Shown piece after piece: positions 27,841 to 41,880 of a stretch of 64,000 nucleotides of DNA. A program made the position numbers and the translations under genes. The number at the start of each line of letters is the position of its first letter. Position 1 is the stretch's first letter. Below the pieces are notes generated by a model. That model was not told the DNA's origin. It did no database searches and saw nothing but the letters and a program-made list of their open reading frames with translations. Origin of the DNA: Microcella sp. (lineage in GTDB: Bacteria; Actinomycetota; Actinomycetes; Actinomycetales; Microbacteriaceae). Location of the stretch: the NCBI RefSeq assembly GCF_025808395.1, contig NZ_CP075524.1, positions 2,287,990-2,351,989 on the forward strand. Reading direction: 5' to 3'.

Positions 27841-28143
27841 ATGAAGGCTCACATCAACGGCACCGTCATCGCCGAGGCCGCAGAAGACGACCTCATCAAG
27901 ATTGAGGGCAACTGGTACTTTCCGCCGTCGAGCATCGTCGACGGATTTCTGACGACGAGCCCGACGCCGTACACCTGCCCGTGGAAGGGCGAGTGCCAGT
28001 ACTTCACCGTGACGGTCGACGGCCAGAGCCTGCCCGATCGTGCCTGGAGCTACCCGACCCCGTACGCGAGCGGTATCGAGCGGGTCGGCAAAGACTTCAG
28101 CAACTATGTCGCCTTCTGGAAAGAGGTCACCGTCTCAGAGTGA
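27841..28143 (+). CDS. DUF427 domain-containing protein
   Basis: ORF trimmed to ATG 27841, with AGGAGGA upstream. The NWYFP and CPWKGECQYF motifs are typical of DUF427. 100 aa. Confidence 0.7.
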   Translation: MKAHINGTVIAEAAEDDLIKIEGNWYFPPSSIVDGFLTTSPTPYTCPWKGECQYFTVTVDGQSLPDRAWSYPTPYASGIERVGKDFSNYVAFWKEVTVSE

Positions 28144-28647
28144 CTGAGCCATCGGCGGGGCTGTCTGGTCGCGCCAGGTGATGAGCGCTGCACGGCTGAA
28201 CGATCGCGAGCACCGGCCGCACGACACGTCGCGGCTGGGTCGCCGAAACCGCACGAACTCGTGCCCTCGCGGGCACGACCCTCGCCAGCGCGCGCGATCA
28301 TCGGCGATGGGCCCGTCATGGGTGGTGCCGCCGACATAGCCGAGGTCGCGCGCGATCTGGCGCCACACCGGCCCGTGCCCCGTGCCGGGCCCGGCGAGCG
28401 CGTGGGCGACTTCGTGCAGCAGGGTCTGGTGGATGGCGTCGTCGTCGAAGCGCTCTGCGAGGTGCCGTGACACCGAGATGCGCTTGCGCCTGAAGTCGCA
28501 CAGCCCGGCGCGGCGCGTGGCGTTGTCGAACGCGAAGCTCCACGAGTCGTCGAGGTGCAGGGCGATGAGCGATTCGGCCCAGTGCCGCACCCTCTGCATC
28601 TCGCTCACGTGGTCGATGCTAGGGGCAACCACCGACACTGCTGTCAC
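28135..28647 (-). CDS. SprT-like zinc metalloprotease domain protein
   Basis: It has the HExxH motif LLHEVAHAL and a C-terminal Cys-rich zinc ribbon (CPRGH...CGRC). The start may instead be the ATG at 28599 (MQRVRHW...). Confidence 0.75.
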   Translation of the reverse strand: MTAVSVVAPSIDHVSEMQRVRHWAESLIALHLDDSWSFAFDNATRRAGLCDFRRKRISVSRHLAERFDDDAIHQTLLHEVAHALAGPGTGHGPVWRQIARDLGYVGGTTHDGPIADDRARWRGSCPRGHEFVRFRRPSRDVSCGRCSRSFSRAALITWRDQTAPPMAQSL

Positions 28648-28674
28648 CGACGCGGGATGCGCGTGGTGAGCGCC

Positions 28675-29832
28675 TCAGTCGCGTTGGGTGAGGCCCAGCA
28701 CGAGCAGCCGATCATCGTCGGGCCCCGGGCGCCCGTTGGCGTCGGTGTTGCTCGTGAGCACGAACAGTCGACCGTCGGGCGTCGCGACCGCATCGCGGAT
28801 GCGCCCCAGCTGCTGCTCGACGTGCGCCTCGCTCGTGGTCGCCCGCTCGACGTCGATCACCCACAGGCGTTGACCGCGCAACGACGCCATGAACAGGGTG
28901 CCGCCCACGAGGCCGAGGCCGCTCGGGCTCGCCTCGCTCGTCGCCCACTGCTGCACGGGGTCGACGAACTCGGGCCTGCCCTCGATTCCTTCGACGACGG
29001 GCCAGCCGTAATTGGCACCGGCCTCGATGAGGTTCAGCTCATCCCACGTGTTCTGCCCGAGTTCTGACGACCACAGCCGGCCGTCGGCGTCGAACACGAT
29101 GCCCTGGGGGTTGCGGTGCCCGAGCGAGTACACGTACGACCCGGCAAAGGGGTTGTCTGCCGGTACCGCGCCGTCAGCGGTGAGTCGCAGTATCTTGCCG
29201 GCGAGCGAGTCGAGGTCTTGCGAGAGGCCCGGCGATTGAGCGTCTCCGGTCGTCGCGTAGAGCATGCCGTCTGGCCCGAATGCGAGCCGACCGCCGTTGT
29301 GATTCTGCGCTTTCGGGATGCCCGAGAGCAGCACCTCGCTGGCTCCGAGCCCGTACGACCCTGGTGCTCCTTCGAGGTCGAAGCGCACGATGCGATTGTC
29401 GGCGGCCGCAGTGTGGAAGGCGTAGAGCGCGGGAGTCGGGTCGTCGAGCACGGCAAGCCCGAGCAGGCCCCCCTCTCCGCCCGCGACCACGTCGGCAACC
29501 GTGCCCACCACGCGCACCGAACCGCCTGCCGTGAGTTCGAGAACCTGACCGGTGTCGCGCTCGCTGATGAGCACTGAGCCGGAGGCGAGGGGCACGACCG
29601 ACCACGGGGTGCGCAGGCCGATGATGAGGGTCTCGACGGTGCCGTCTGGCACCCACTGCTCGATGGCCGGTTCGACCGGCGGCGGCTGCGTCGAGGGGGG
29701 CGTGCTCGCGCCGGTGGGGCTGCGATCTGTGCCGCTCGACGAGCAGCCCGCGAGTGCGAGCAGCAGGGCCACACCGAGGGCGACGGGCGAGCGAGCACCC
29801 TGAGCGCTGGGCGACCGGCGGCGCTCAGCCAC
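28675..29832 (-). CDS. PQQ-dependent sugar dehydrogenase (glucose/sorbosone dehydrogenase family) lipoprotein
   Basis: It has the lipobox LALAGCSS and the motifs HNGGRLAFGPDGMLY and GHRNPQG of the soluble GSDH beta-propeller family. Confidence 0.8.
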   Translation of the reverse strand: MAERRRSPSAQGARSPVALGVALLLALAGCSSSGTDRSPTGASTPPSTQPPPVEPAIEQWVPDGTVETLIIGLRTPWSVVPLASGSVLISERDTGQVLELTAGGSVRVVGTVADVVAGGEGGLLGLAVLDDPTPALYAFHTAAADNRIVRFDLEGAPGSYGLGASEVLLSGIPKAQNHNGGRLAFGPDGMLYATTGDAQSPGLSQDLDSLAGKILRLTADGAVPADNPFAGSYVYSLGHRNPQGIVFDADGRLWSSELGQNTWDELNLIEAGANYGWPVVEGIEGRPEFVDPVQQWATSEASPSGLGLVGGTLFMASLRGQRLWVIDVERATTSEAHVEQQLGRIRDAVATPDGRLFVLTSNTDANGRPGPDDDRLLVLGLTQRD

Positions 29833-30688
29833 GTCGGCCCGTCATCGTGAAGAGCCCGGCCGAGGGCGCAGGCGACGGCACGGCGTTCTGATCGCTCACC
29901 ACCGAGGCTCCTGCCACCCACCTCGTGAGGTCGGCGCCGGCGGTGACCGTGGCGGGGTGAGGCCCGCGGGCCATGAGGCGCGGCATCCACTCGAGGGGCA
30001 GCTTGGTGCTCGAGGCGATGAGCACGACGTTGCCGAACCGTCTGCCCTTGAGCACGCTCGTCTCGGCGAGCGCAGCGACCTCGGGCAGCACGAGCTGCAG
30101 GGTGGCGGCCTGGCCTCGGGCGAAGGCGAGGCCGGGCCCGTCGGCAATGTTCACCGCGAGCACGCCGCCGGGGGCGAGAAAGACCGCGAGCTCTCGATAG
30201 AACTCGACGCTCGTGACGTGAGCCGGAATCTGGGCGCCGCTGAAGACGTCGACCACGATGAGGTCGACGGCGCCGTGCAGCGCAGCCGGCAGGCGCCCGA
30301 GCGTTGCGCGGGCGTCGCCATAGCGCAAGCGAATCGACGAGTGTCGAGGCAGCGGTAGGTGCTCTCGCACGAAGGCAACCAATGACTCATCGAGTTCGAT
30401 GACCTGTTGACGAGACCCGGGTCGGGTCGCGTGCACATAGCGGGGCAGGGTGAGGGCTCCTGCTCCGAGGTGCAGCGCGGTGAGCGGTGCGCCGGGCTCA
30501 CCCCACTCGTCGATGACGTGCCCGATGCGCTGCACGTACTCGAAGAAGAGTCTCGCGGGGTCGTCGAGGTCGACGTGCGATTGGGGTGTGCCGTCGACGA
30601 TGAGCGTGTAGCTGCCATCGGCCCAGCGATCGGGCTCGATCACGGCGCGCTGCCCGCTCGGCAGGCGCAGTTCGAGGGCGGCGGTCAT
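29825..30688 (-). CDS. spermidine synthase-like SAM-dependent methyltransferase-fold protein
   Basis: ORF trimmed to the ATG at 30688 (MTAALELR...). The LHLGAGALTLP, VIELD and VVDVF motifs fit the spermine/spermidine synthase-like fold. It overlaps the downstream gene's start by 8 nt. Confidence 0.6.
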   Translation of the reverse strand: MTAALELRLPSGQRAVIEPDRWADGSYTLIVDGTPQSHVDLDDPARLFFEYVQRIGHVIDEWGEPGAPLTALHLGAGALTLPRYVHATRPGSRQQVIELDESLVAFVREHLPLPRHSSIRLRYGDARATLGRLPAALHGAVDLIVVDVFSGAQIPAHVTSVEFYRELAVFLAPGGVLAVNIADGPGLAFARGQAATLQLVLPEVAALAETSVLKGRRFGNVVLIASSTKLPLEWMPRLMARGPHPATVTAGADLTRWVAGASVVSDQNAVPSPAPSAGLFTMTGRRG

Positions 30689-30840
30689 GCTCGACAGCGT
30701 GCCACATGTCACCGTGCGGCACATGAGTGAGCATCCCTCGATAAAAATGAGTAATCGCCGACCTGCCTCGTTCGCCGCCCGCGCGGAAGAATGGCACGGC
30801 GGCATGGTGCCGCACGATGACACGAGCAAGGGGGTGCGAG

Positions 30841-31212
30841 GTGAGTCTGTACGACGACATCGGCGGCGCCCCGGCGATCTCGCTCGCGGTCTCGGTGTTC
30901 TACCACCGCGTCGCCGCCGACGAGAGCCTTGCCCGATGGTTCGGCGACGTCGACATCGATCGTCTCGTCGCGCACCAGCGCGCCTTTCTCACCGTCGCGC
31001 TCGGCGGCCCCGACGTCTTCACCGGTCGCCAGATGCACGCGGCGCACGGTGGCCTGGGCATCACCGACGAGGCGTACGACGCCGTCATCGAGCACCTCGC
31101 CTACGCGCTGCTCGACGTGGGCCTCTCGCACGAGCAGGTCACCGACGTGATCGCCGGCATCGCGCCGCTGCGGGTCGAGATCGTCGACGAGCCTGCGGCG
31201 GCCGACGCCTAG
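30841..31212 (+). CDS. glbN: group I truncated hemoglobin
   Basis: The GTG at 30841 follows AAGGGGG. The N-terminus SLYDDIGG (Gly-Gly motif), HQRAFLTVALGGP and MHAAHGGLGIT (proximal His region) fit the family. 123 aa. Confidence 0.8.
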   Translation: MSLYDDIGGAPAISLAVSVFYHRVAADESLARWFGDVDIDRLVAHQRAFLTVALGGPDVFTGRQMHAAHGGLGITDEAYDAVIEHLAYALLDVGLSHEQVTDVIAGIAPLRVEIVDEPAAADA

Positions 31213-33878
31213 GCGCTCGCCAGCAGCCCGAGCGCTTCGGGCAGCTCGTGCCGACTGCGCACACCGAGCTTCGTGTAGGCAGACTGCAAGTGGTTGTTGA
31301 CGGTGCGGGGCGAGAGAAAGAGCTTCGTGGCGATGTCGTTGCTGGGCAGTCCGCGCGCGGCGAACGTGGCGATCTCGCGCTCGCGGGCGGTCAAGGGCTC
31401 GAGCTCATTGCTGAAGTGCAGCGGGGCAGTCGAGGCACCCTCCGTGCGATCGGCCACCGACCGAGCACGCCCGACGAACTGCGCCGCGTCTCGCGCTCGG
31501 CCCGCCTGACGGGCTGCGTCAGCGGCGAGCGCGAACGCCTCGGCCGCGTGCAGCAGGTAGCCGTGGCGCTCCCACTCGGTGCCGACGGCGGCCAGCTCGT
31601 CGAGAGAGCTCTCGACCATCGCCCGAGCGGTGCGCGTGCGCAGTCGCATGACGGGCGAGTCGGCCTCGGCGAGCATCGTGCCGAGAAGCTCGGCCGCGGT
31701 CGCCGGGTCTCCGAGTCGGGCCACGTCGAACGCGAGAATGCTCGCGAAGTCGACGTCGCCAGAGGTCATGCGCAAGCGCGTGCGCTCGATGAGCCGTTCA
31801 CGAGCCGCCACAGCATTGCCCCCCACGGCTTCGACCCATGCCCACCCCAGCAGCAGCAGCGAGTCAGTCTCGATGAGGTCGTCTGGCACCTCGGCGAGCA
31901 CGGTGCGAGCCTCTGCGACAAGACCCTGCTGTGCTCGAACTCGTGCGAGCATTCCCCGACCGAGCGGCTCATACCCCCGTGGGCCGCGGGTGCGCGCCCC
32001 GGCGATCACGTCTTTCAGCCAGCGGGCAGACGACTCGAGGCGACCCATCGCGAGCATGACAGCCGCCAGAGTGAACTCTGCCTGGCGCCCCCGCAGCTCG
32101 TCGTCGAGCTCGATCGATTCGCGCAGTGCATCAGCGGCGAACTGCCGAGCCTCGTCGAGCCGGCACGCCTGGGCGAGCGTCACGGCACGCATGAGATACG
32201 CCACCCGCAACGGAATCGACGAGTCGCTGAGGCGAGCCGCCGCCAGCGCTCGCTCGGTGATGTGCAGTGCGTCGTCGGTGCGCCCGAGCGCCACATACGG
32301 CACGGCCGTGTTGATGTCGAGCTCGGCCTGCTCGGCGGCGGTGCCGTCGTCGACGATCTTCTCGAGCTCGGCGAGCGCTTCGCGGGGCCGTTCGAGGCCG
32401 ACCAGAATGCGCGCGCGAGCCTGGAGCAGTCGCCGCGCGGCGTCAGGCAGTCGCTCGGGGGCACCGTCGAGAAGCTCGAGAGCCTCGTCGAATCGACTGC
32501 TGAGCGTCACGAGGGCGGTCGCCGTCATCGTGAGGATGCGCGCCGTGCGGTGCTGGTCTGCAGGGTCGGCCTCGTCGAGCCTGCGTGCCGCGTCGAGCGT
32601 GGCCAGTGCGTCGTCGACGCGGCCGAGCTTGATGAGAGCATCCGCGTGAATGAGCAGCAGTTCGGTGTCGACGGCGCCCGCTTGCGCAGCGGCGGTCGCC
32701 AATCGGGCGACCAGGTCGAAGTCTTCGGTGAGCAGAGCGAGGCGAGCCGCGTCGCCCAGCAGCTCTGCGTCGCCCGGTGCGCCGGCGTCGAGCTTCCAGG
32801 TGGCGATGCGCACAGCGTCGACATCTCGGTCTGGTGAGGCCTCTGCGCGGGCGGCGTGGTCGAGCAGCAGGTCGATGCGGCGCAGCGTCGGCACTCGTGA
32901 CTGCACCGCGGCGATGTACTGCGGGTGCGCGATCGTCGCCACGTAGCGCCCGGCCTCGAGCCGCAGCTGCACGAGCTGACGCTGCTCGAGCTCGCCGAGT
33001 GCCGTGCGCAGCTCGGGCTCGCCGAGGTGCGACAAGGGCAGCGACTGGCAGACGGCCAATCGCTCGAGCACATCGAGGTGCGCCTCGCCGAGTGAGCTCA
33101 GGCGCGCGGTGATGAGTTCGCCCAGCGCCGCCGAACCCCCCGGAGAACCCTGCAACACCCACGACCCGTGCTGCTCAGAGAGCGCACCAGTGGCGAGTGC
33201 GTGGGCGACGAGCTCGCGCAGAAAGAGCGGGTTTCCGCCAGAGGCGCCGTGCAGGGCGACGATGGTCTGGTGCGCGACCGTGTTGCCGAGCACCTCTGGC
33301 AGCAGCTGATCGAGGTCGTCGACCGTGAGGGGCGAGAGTGCGATGCGCAGACCGCGATCCGACGTCCACAGCGACACCATGGGCTCGGGCAGCAGCTCGC
33401 CGTCGCGAGCGGTGGCGAGCAGGCTCAGCGAGCCGATCGTCGCCAACTGCGCGAGCACGGCCACCGACAGCGGGTCGAGCTGCGGCAGGTCGTCGACGAC
33501 GACGAGCAGCGGCCCCTCGTCGTCACGGGCGGTCGCGAACTCTTCGACGAAGGCCATGAGCGATGCGGTGTCGGCACCGATGCGGGAGATGTCGTGCCGA
33601 GTCGCGCCCAAGATCGGCACGAGGGCCGCGAGCGGCACCGCCGAGAGGCTCGAGCTCGCCACGAGCCGACTGACGCGCCAGCCATCGTTCTCGAGCGACT
33701 CGGCGAGCTCGCTCGCGAGCCGAGTCTTGCCCACCCCCGCGTCACCCGACAGCACGACGAGCGACGTGCGCCGCGACGCCAAGGCGGCGGCGGCCTGCTC
33801 GAGCGAGGCACTGCGACCCACGAGCGGCCACAGCCCGGCAGCGCGTGCCTGCTGCACACCAGGGGGCATCGAGCTCAT
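31209..33878 (-). CDS. large ATP-binding LuxR-family (LAL/MalT-like) transcriptional regulator
   Basis: ORF trimmed to the ATG at 33878, with GGAGGA upstream. It has Walker A GDAGVGKT near the N-terminus, a long helical/TPR-like middle, and the C-terminal LuxR HTH LTAREREIATFAARGLPSNDIATKLFLSPRTVNNHL. 889 aa. Confidence 0.85.
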   Translation of the reverse strand: MSSMPPGVQQARAAGLWPLVGRSASLEQAAAALASRRTSLVVLSGDAGVGKTRLASELAESLENDGWRVSRLVASSSLSAVPLAALVPILGATRHDISRIGADTASLMAFVEEFATARDDEGPLLVVVDDLPQLDPLSVAVLAQLATIGSLSLLATARDGELLPEPMVSLWTSDRGLRIALSPLTVDDLDQLLPEVLGNTVAHQTIVALHGASGGNPLFLRELVAHALATGALSEQHGSWVLQGSPGGSAALGELITARLSSLGEAHLDVLERLAVCQSLPLSHLGEPELRTALGELEQRQLVQLRLEAGRYVATIAHPQYIAAVQSRVPTLRRIDLLLDHAARAEASPDRDVDAVRIATWKLDAGAPGDAELLGDAARLALLTEDFDLVARLATAAAQAGAVDTELLLIHADALIKLGRVDDALATLDAARRLDEADPADQHRTARILTMTATALVTLSSRFDEALELLDGAPERLPDAARRLLQARARILVGLERPREALAELEKIVDDGTAAEQAELDINTAVPYVALGRTDDALHITERALAAARLSDSSIPLRVAYLMRAVTLAQACRLDEARQFAADALRESIELDDELRGRQAEFTLAAVMLAMGRLESSARWLKDVIAGARTRGPRGYEPLGRGMLARVRAQQGLVAEARTVLAEVPDDLIETDSLLLLGWAWVEAVGGNAVAARERLIERTRLRMTSGDVDFASILAFDVARLGDPATAAELLGTMLAEADSPVMRLRTRTARAMVESSLDELAAVGTEWERHGYLLHAAEAFALAADAARQAGRARDAAQFVGRARSVADRTEGASTAPLHFSNELEPLTAREREIATFAARGLPSNDIATKLFLSPRTVNNHLQSAYTKLGVRSRHELPEALGLLASA

Positions 33879-34066
33879 GGGGGTGGATCCTCCGCCTGCC
33901 AGTGACGGCGCCAGAAGAGCGCTGAAGCGAAGTGTACTCACCGGCAGTGGCCAGTGCAGGGCAGTCACGAGGCGGCGAGAGCACCTGACGCTGCGGGATG
34001 CTCGCCTCGGGCATCCCGCAACTGCGCGGTTATAGCGCAGCAGGCCGAATTGGTCAAGAAAGCGAC

Positions 34067-34096
34067 TGGACACGGCGGCGCCAGCGCCCCTAGTAT
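34067..34096 (+). promoter_or_regulatory. candidate housekeeping-sigma promoter upstream of rpoB
   Basis: TGGACA (34067-34072), an 18-nt spacer, then TAGTAT (34091-34096). This lies ~185 nt upstream of the rpoB TTG start. Motif match only. Confidence 0.25.
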
Positions 34097-34280
34097 TGAG
34101 GTTTGCGCTCCCATGTCTGATCGGCCGTCATATGGCGGACGCCGATCGTGCCCCGAGTATAGCGGCGGGGTGGATTTCTCGTGAGAGGAATCCCCGCGGG
34201 TCAGAGCGCGTCCATTCGACCGCATTCACCTGTCGACGTTCGACAGAACCCGGGCCATAGAGCCCACGGAGGTTAGATCC

Positions 34281-37200
34281 TTGGCTGCTGCGCGCACCGC
34301 TAAGAACCAGTCCCCCAAGAACGGCCGCACCGCAACGCGGTTGTCGTTCGCCAAGATCAGCGACACGCTCACCGTGCCTGACCTTCTCGCCCTCCAGACC
34401 GAGAGCTTCGACTGGCTCGTCGGTGGAGACGGCTGGAAGGCCCGCCTCGAAGAGGCGCAGGCCGCGGGCCGCAGCGACGTTCCGTCGCACAGCGGTCTCG
34501 AAGAGATCTTCGAAGAGATCTCGCCCATCGAAGACCTCGGCGAGACCATGCAGCTCTCGTTCACGAACCCCTACCTCGAAGAGCAGAAGTACTCGATCGA
34601 CGAGTGCAAAGAGCGCGGCAAGACCTACGCCGCGCCGCTCTACGTCGAGGCCGAGTTCATGAACCACATGACCGGTGAGATCAAGACCCAGACCGTGTTC
34701 ATGGGCGACTTCCCGCTCATGACCGAGAAGGGCACGTTCATCATCAACGGCACCGAGCGCGTCGTCGTGTCGCAGCTCGTGCGCAGCCCCGGTGTCTACT
34801 TCGAGCGCCAGCTCGAGAAGACCACCGACAAAGACATCTACACCGCGCGCATCATTCCGAGCCGCGGTGCGTGGCTCGAGTTCGAGATCGACAAGCGCGA
34901 CCAGGTCGGCGTGCGCATCGACCGCAAGCGCAAGCAGTCGGTCACGGTCTTCCTCAAGGCGCTCGGCCTCACCACCGAAGAGATCCGCGAGAAGTTCGCC
35001 GGGGTCGACTCGATCGAGCAGACCCTCGAGAAAGACGCCATCCTCACCAAGGAAGAGGCGCTCAAAGACATCTACCGCAAGCTTCGCCCGGGCGAGCAGG
35101 TTGCCGCCGAGGCCGCGCGTGCGCTGCTCGACAACTTCTACTTCAACCCGAAGCGCTACGACCTCGCCAAGGTGGGCCGCTACAAGCTCAACCGCAAGCT
35201 GGGTCTCGACGCTCCGCTGAGCGACTCGGTGCTGAGCGTCGACGACATCGTGGCGACCATCCGCTACATGGTGTCGCTGCACGAGGGCCGCGAGACCATG
35301 CCGGGCGTCCGCGCTGGCAAGGCCGTCGACCTGCGTCTCGACGTCGACGACATCGACCACTTCGGCAACCGCCGCATCCGCGCTGTGGGCGAGCTCATCC
35401 AGAACCAGGTGCGCACGGGCCTCAGCCGCATGGAGCGCGTGGTGCGCGAGCGCATGACGACGCAAGACATCGAGGCGATCACGCCGCAGACCCTCATCAA
35501 CGTGCGCCCCGTCGTGGCCGCGATCAAAGAGTTCTTCGGCACCTCGCAGCTCAGCCAGTTCATGGACCAGAACAACCCCCTCGCGGGCCTCACCCACAAG
35601 CGCCGCCTGTCGGCGCTCGGCCCGGGTGGCCTGAGCCGTGAGCGTGCCGGCGTCGAGGTGCGAGACGTGCACCCCTCGCACTACGGCCGCATGTGCCCCA
35701 TCGAGACGCCTGAAGGCCCGAACATCGGTCTGATCGGCTCGCTCGCGTCGTTCGCGCGCATCAACTCGTTCGGGTTCATCGAGACCCCGTACCGCCGCGT
35801 CACCAAGGGCAAGGTGTCGGCGACGATCGACTACCTCACCGCGAGTGAAGAAGACGACCACGTCGTCGCGCAGGCCGGTGCGCCGCTCAACAAAGACGGC
35901 TCGTTCGCCGAAGAGCGCGTGCTCGTTCGCCGCAAGGGCGGCGAGGTCGAACTGGTGCCGGCCGAGCAGGTCGACTACATGGATGTCTCGCCGCGCCAGA
36001 TGGTGTCGGTCGCGACCTCGCTCATCCCCTTCCTCGAGCACGACGATGCGAACCGTGCCCTCATGGGCGCCAACATGCAGCGTCAGGCTGTGCCGCTGCT
36101 GCGCTCAGAGTCGCCGCTCGTCGGCACGGGCATGGAGAGCTACGCGGCCGTCGACGCCGGCGACGTGATCACGGCGACGGCACCCGGTGTCGTCACCGCG
36201 GTGGCTGCCGACTCGGTGACTGTGCAGCTCGACGAAGGCGGAACGCAAGACTACGTTCTGCGCAAGTTCGACCGCTCGAACCAGGGGACCAACTACAACC
36301 ACCGCGTCGTGGTCAGCGCTGGTGACCGCGTCGAGGTCGGCGAGGTCATCGCCGACGGCCCCGCCACCGAGAACGGCGAGCTCGCGCTCGGCAAGAACCT
36401 GCTCGTCGCGTTCATGTCGTGGGAGGGTCACAACTTCGAAGACGCCATCATCCTGAGCCAGAACCTCGTGAAAGACGACACCATGTCGTCGATCCACATC
36501 GAGGAATACGAAGTGGATGCTCGCGACACGAAGCTCGGAAAAGAAGAGATCACCCGCGATCTGCCCAACGTGAGCCCCGAGCTCTTGGCCGATCTCGACG
36601 AGCGCGGCATCATCCGCATCGGCGCAGAGGTTCGCCCCGGCGACATCCTCGTCGGCAAGGTCACCCCGAAGGGCGAGACCGAGCTCAGTGCTGAAGAGCG
36701 ACTGCTGCGCGCCATCTTCAACGAGAAGTCGCGCGAAGTGCGCGACACCTCGCTCAAGGTGCCGCACGGCGAGCAGGGCACGATCATCGGCGTCAAGGTG
36801 TTCGACGCGCAAGACGGCGACGACGAGCTCGGCTCGGGCGTCAACCAGCGCGTGGTCGTCTACATCGCCCAGAAGCGCAAGATCTCCGAGGGCGACAAGC
36901 TCGCCGGCCGCCACGGCAACAAGGGCGTCATCGCGAAGATCCTGCCCGTCGAAGACATGCCCTTCCTCGAAGACGGCACTCCTGTCGACATCGTGCTCAA
37001 CCCCCTCGGCGTGCCGGGCCGCATGAACTTCGGTCAGGTGCTCGAGATTCACCTCGGGTGGGCGGCATCGCGCGGCTGGAAGGTCGAGGGCAACCCCGAG
37101 TGGGCATCCCGTCTTCCCGCCGAAGCGCGCGAGGCGGCTCCCGGCACGAAGGTGGCGACCCCGGTGTTCGACGGCGCCAGCGAAGAAGAGATCGCCGGCC

Positions 37201-37772
37201 TGCTCGACTCGACCCTGCCCAACCGCGACGGCGTGCGCATGATCGACTCGAGCGGCAAGGCGCGACTGTTCGATGGTCGCACCGGCGAGCCGTTCCCCGA
37301 CCCGGTGTCGGTCGGCTACATGTACATCTTGAAGCTGCACCACCTGGTCGACGACAAGATTCACGCTCGCTCGACGGGCCCGTACTCGATGATCACCCAG
37401 CAGCCGCTCGGCGGTAAGGCCCAGTTCGGCGGCCAGCGCTTCGGTGAGATGGAGGTCTGGGCGCTCGAGGCCTACGGTGCCGCGTACGCGCTGCAAGAGC
37501 TGCTGACGATCAAGTCTGACGACATCCTCGGTCGCGTGAAGGTGTACGAGGCCATCGTCAAGGGCGAGAACATTCAAGAGCCCGGTATTCCCGAGAGCTT
37601 CAAGGTGCTCATCAAAGAGATGCAGTCGCTCTGCCTGAACGTCGAGGTGCTCTCGGCCGACGGCACGGCCGTGAGTCTGAAAGACAACGACGACGAGGTG
37701 TTCCGCGCGGCGGAAGAACTCGGCATCAACATCTCTGCCCGCTTCGAATCGTCGTCGATCGACGAGATCTAA
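34281..37772 (+). CDS. rpoB: DNA-directed RNA polymerase subunit beta
   Basis: 1163 aa with a TTG start. The rifampicin-cluster sequence [32 protein letters not shown] is present. Confidence 0.97.
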   Translation: MAAARTAKNQSPKNGRTATRLSFAKISDTLTVPDLLALQTESFDWLVGGDGWKARLEEAQAAGRSDVPSHSGLEEIFEEISPIEDLGETMQLSFTNPYLEEQKYSIDECKERGKTYAAPLYVEAEFMNHMTGEIKTQTVFMGDFPLMTEKGTFIINGTERVVVSQLVRSPGVYFERQLEKTTDKDIYTARIIPSRGAWLEFEIDKRDQVGVRIDRKRKQSVTVFLKALGLTTEEIREKFAGVDSIEQTLEKDAILTKEEALKDIYRKLRPGEQVAAEAARALLDNFYFNPKRYDLAKVGRYKLNRKLGLDAPLSDSVLSVDDIVATIRYMVSLHEGRETMPGVRAGKAVDLRLDVDDIDHFGNRRIRAVGELIQNQVRTGLSRMERVVRERMTTQDIEAITPQTLINVRPVVAAIKEFFGTSQLSQFMDQNNPLAGLTHKRRLSALGPGGLSRERAGVEVRDVHPSHYGRMCPIETPEGPNIGLIGSLASFARINSFGFIETPYRRVTKGKVSATIDYLTASEEDDHVVAQAGAPLNKDGSFAEERVLVRRKGGEVELVPAEQVDYMDVSPRQMVSVATSLIPFLEHDDANRALMGANMQRQAVPLLRSESPLVGTGMESYAAVDAGDVITATAPGVVTAVAADSVTVQLDEGGTQDYVLRKFDRSNQGTNYNHRVVVSAGDRVEVGEVIADGPATENGELALGKNLLVAFMSWEGHNFEDAIILSQNLVKDDTMSSIHIEEYEVDARDTKLGKEEITRDLPNVSPELLADLDERGIIRIGAEVRPGDILVGKVTPKGETELSAEERLLRAIFNEKSREVRDTSLKVPHGEQGTIIGVKVFDAQDGDDELGSGVNQRVVVYIAQKRKISEGDKLAGRHGNKGVIAKILPVEDMPFLEDGTPVDIVLNPLGVPGRMNFGQVLEIHLGWAASRGWKVEGNPEWASRLPAEAREAAPGTKVATPVFDGASEEEIAGLLDSTLPNRDGVRMIDSSGKARLFDGRTGEPFPDPVSVGYMYILKLHHLVDDKIHARSTGPYSMITQQPLGGKAQFGGQRFGEMEVWALEAYGAAYALQELLTIKSDDILGRVKVYEAIVKGENIQEPGIPESFKVLIKEMQSLCLNVEVLSADGTAVSLKDNDDEVFRAAEELGINISARFESSSIDEI

Positions 37773-37826
37773 GCCGGCTCCGGTATTCACGAGACACTGA
37801 CGAGACGTTAGAGAAGAGAAGAACTA

Positions 37827-41675
<3,849 letters not shown>

Positions 41676-41693
41676 GCTGCAAACCGAACCGCC

Positions 41694-41727
41694 GAAGGGC
41701 CCGCACCGAACACGGTGCGGGCCCTTC
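41694..41727 (+). terminator. rpoBC terminator hairpin
   Basis: There is a perfect 14-bp stem, GAAGGGCCCGCACC (41694-41707) with GGTGCGGGCCCTTC (41714-41727), and a 6-nt loop. It starts 19 nt after the rpoC stop. No T-tract. Confidence 0.65.
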
Positions 41728-41880
41728 GCGTTCGCGGGGCGCATGTTAACAATGTGACTGGTGTGGACTACCCCCGAACGCGGGGCTATTGTCGGCAGTG
41801 CGGCGTGTCATACCTTTGCGGTCAGGCAGTCCGTGCAAGCGGCCCATCGGGGCGTTCGCATCCAGGGGGGAGGGTTTGCC

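Noticed and set aside
30687-32837. 716-aa plus-strand ORF
   Set aside because: It is antisense to the LuxR/LAL regulator, which has a Walker A and a C-terminal HTH. The plus-strand translation is Arg-rich with no motifs. Only the glbN part, in another frame (30841-31212), is real.
34128-37790. 637-aa and 561-aa minus-strand ORFs over rpoB
   Set aside because: They are antisense shadows of rpoB, low-complexity, with no start context.
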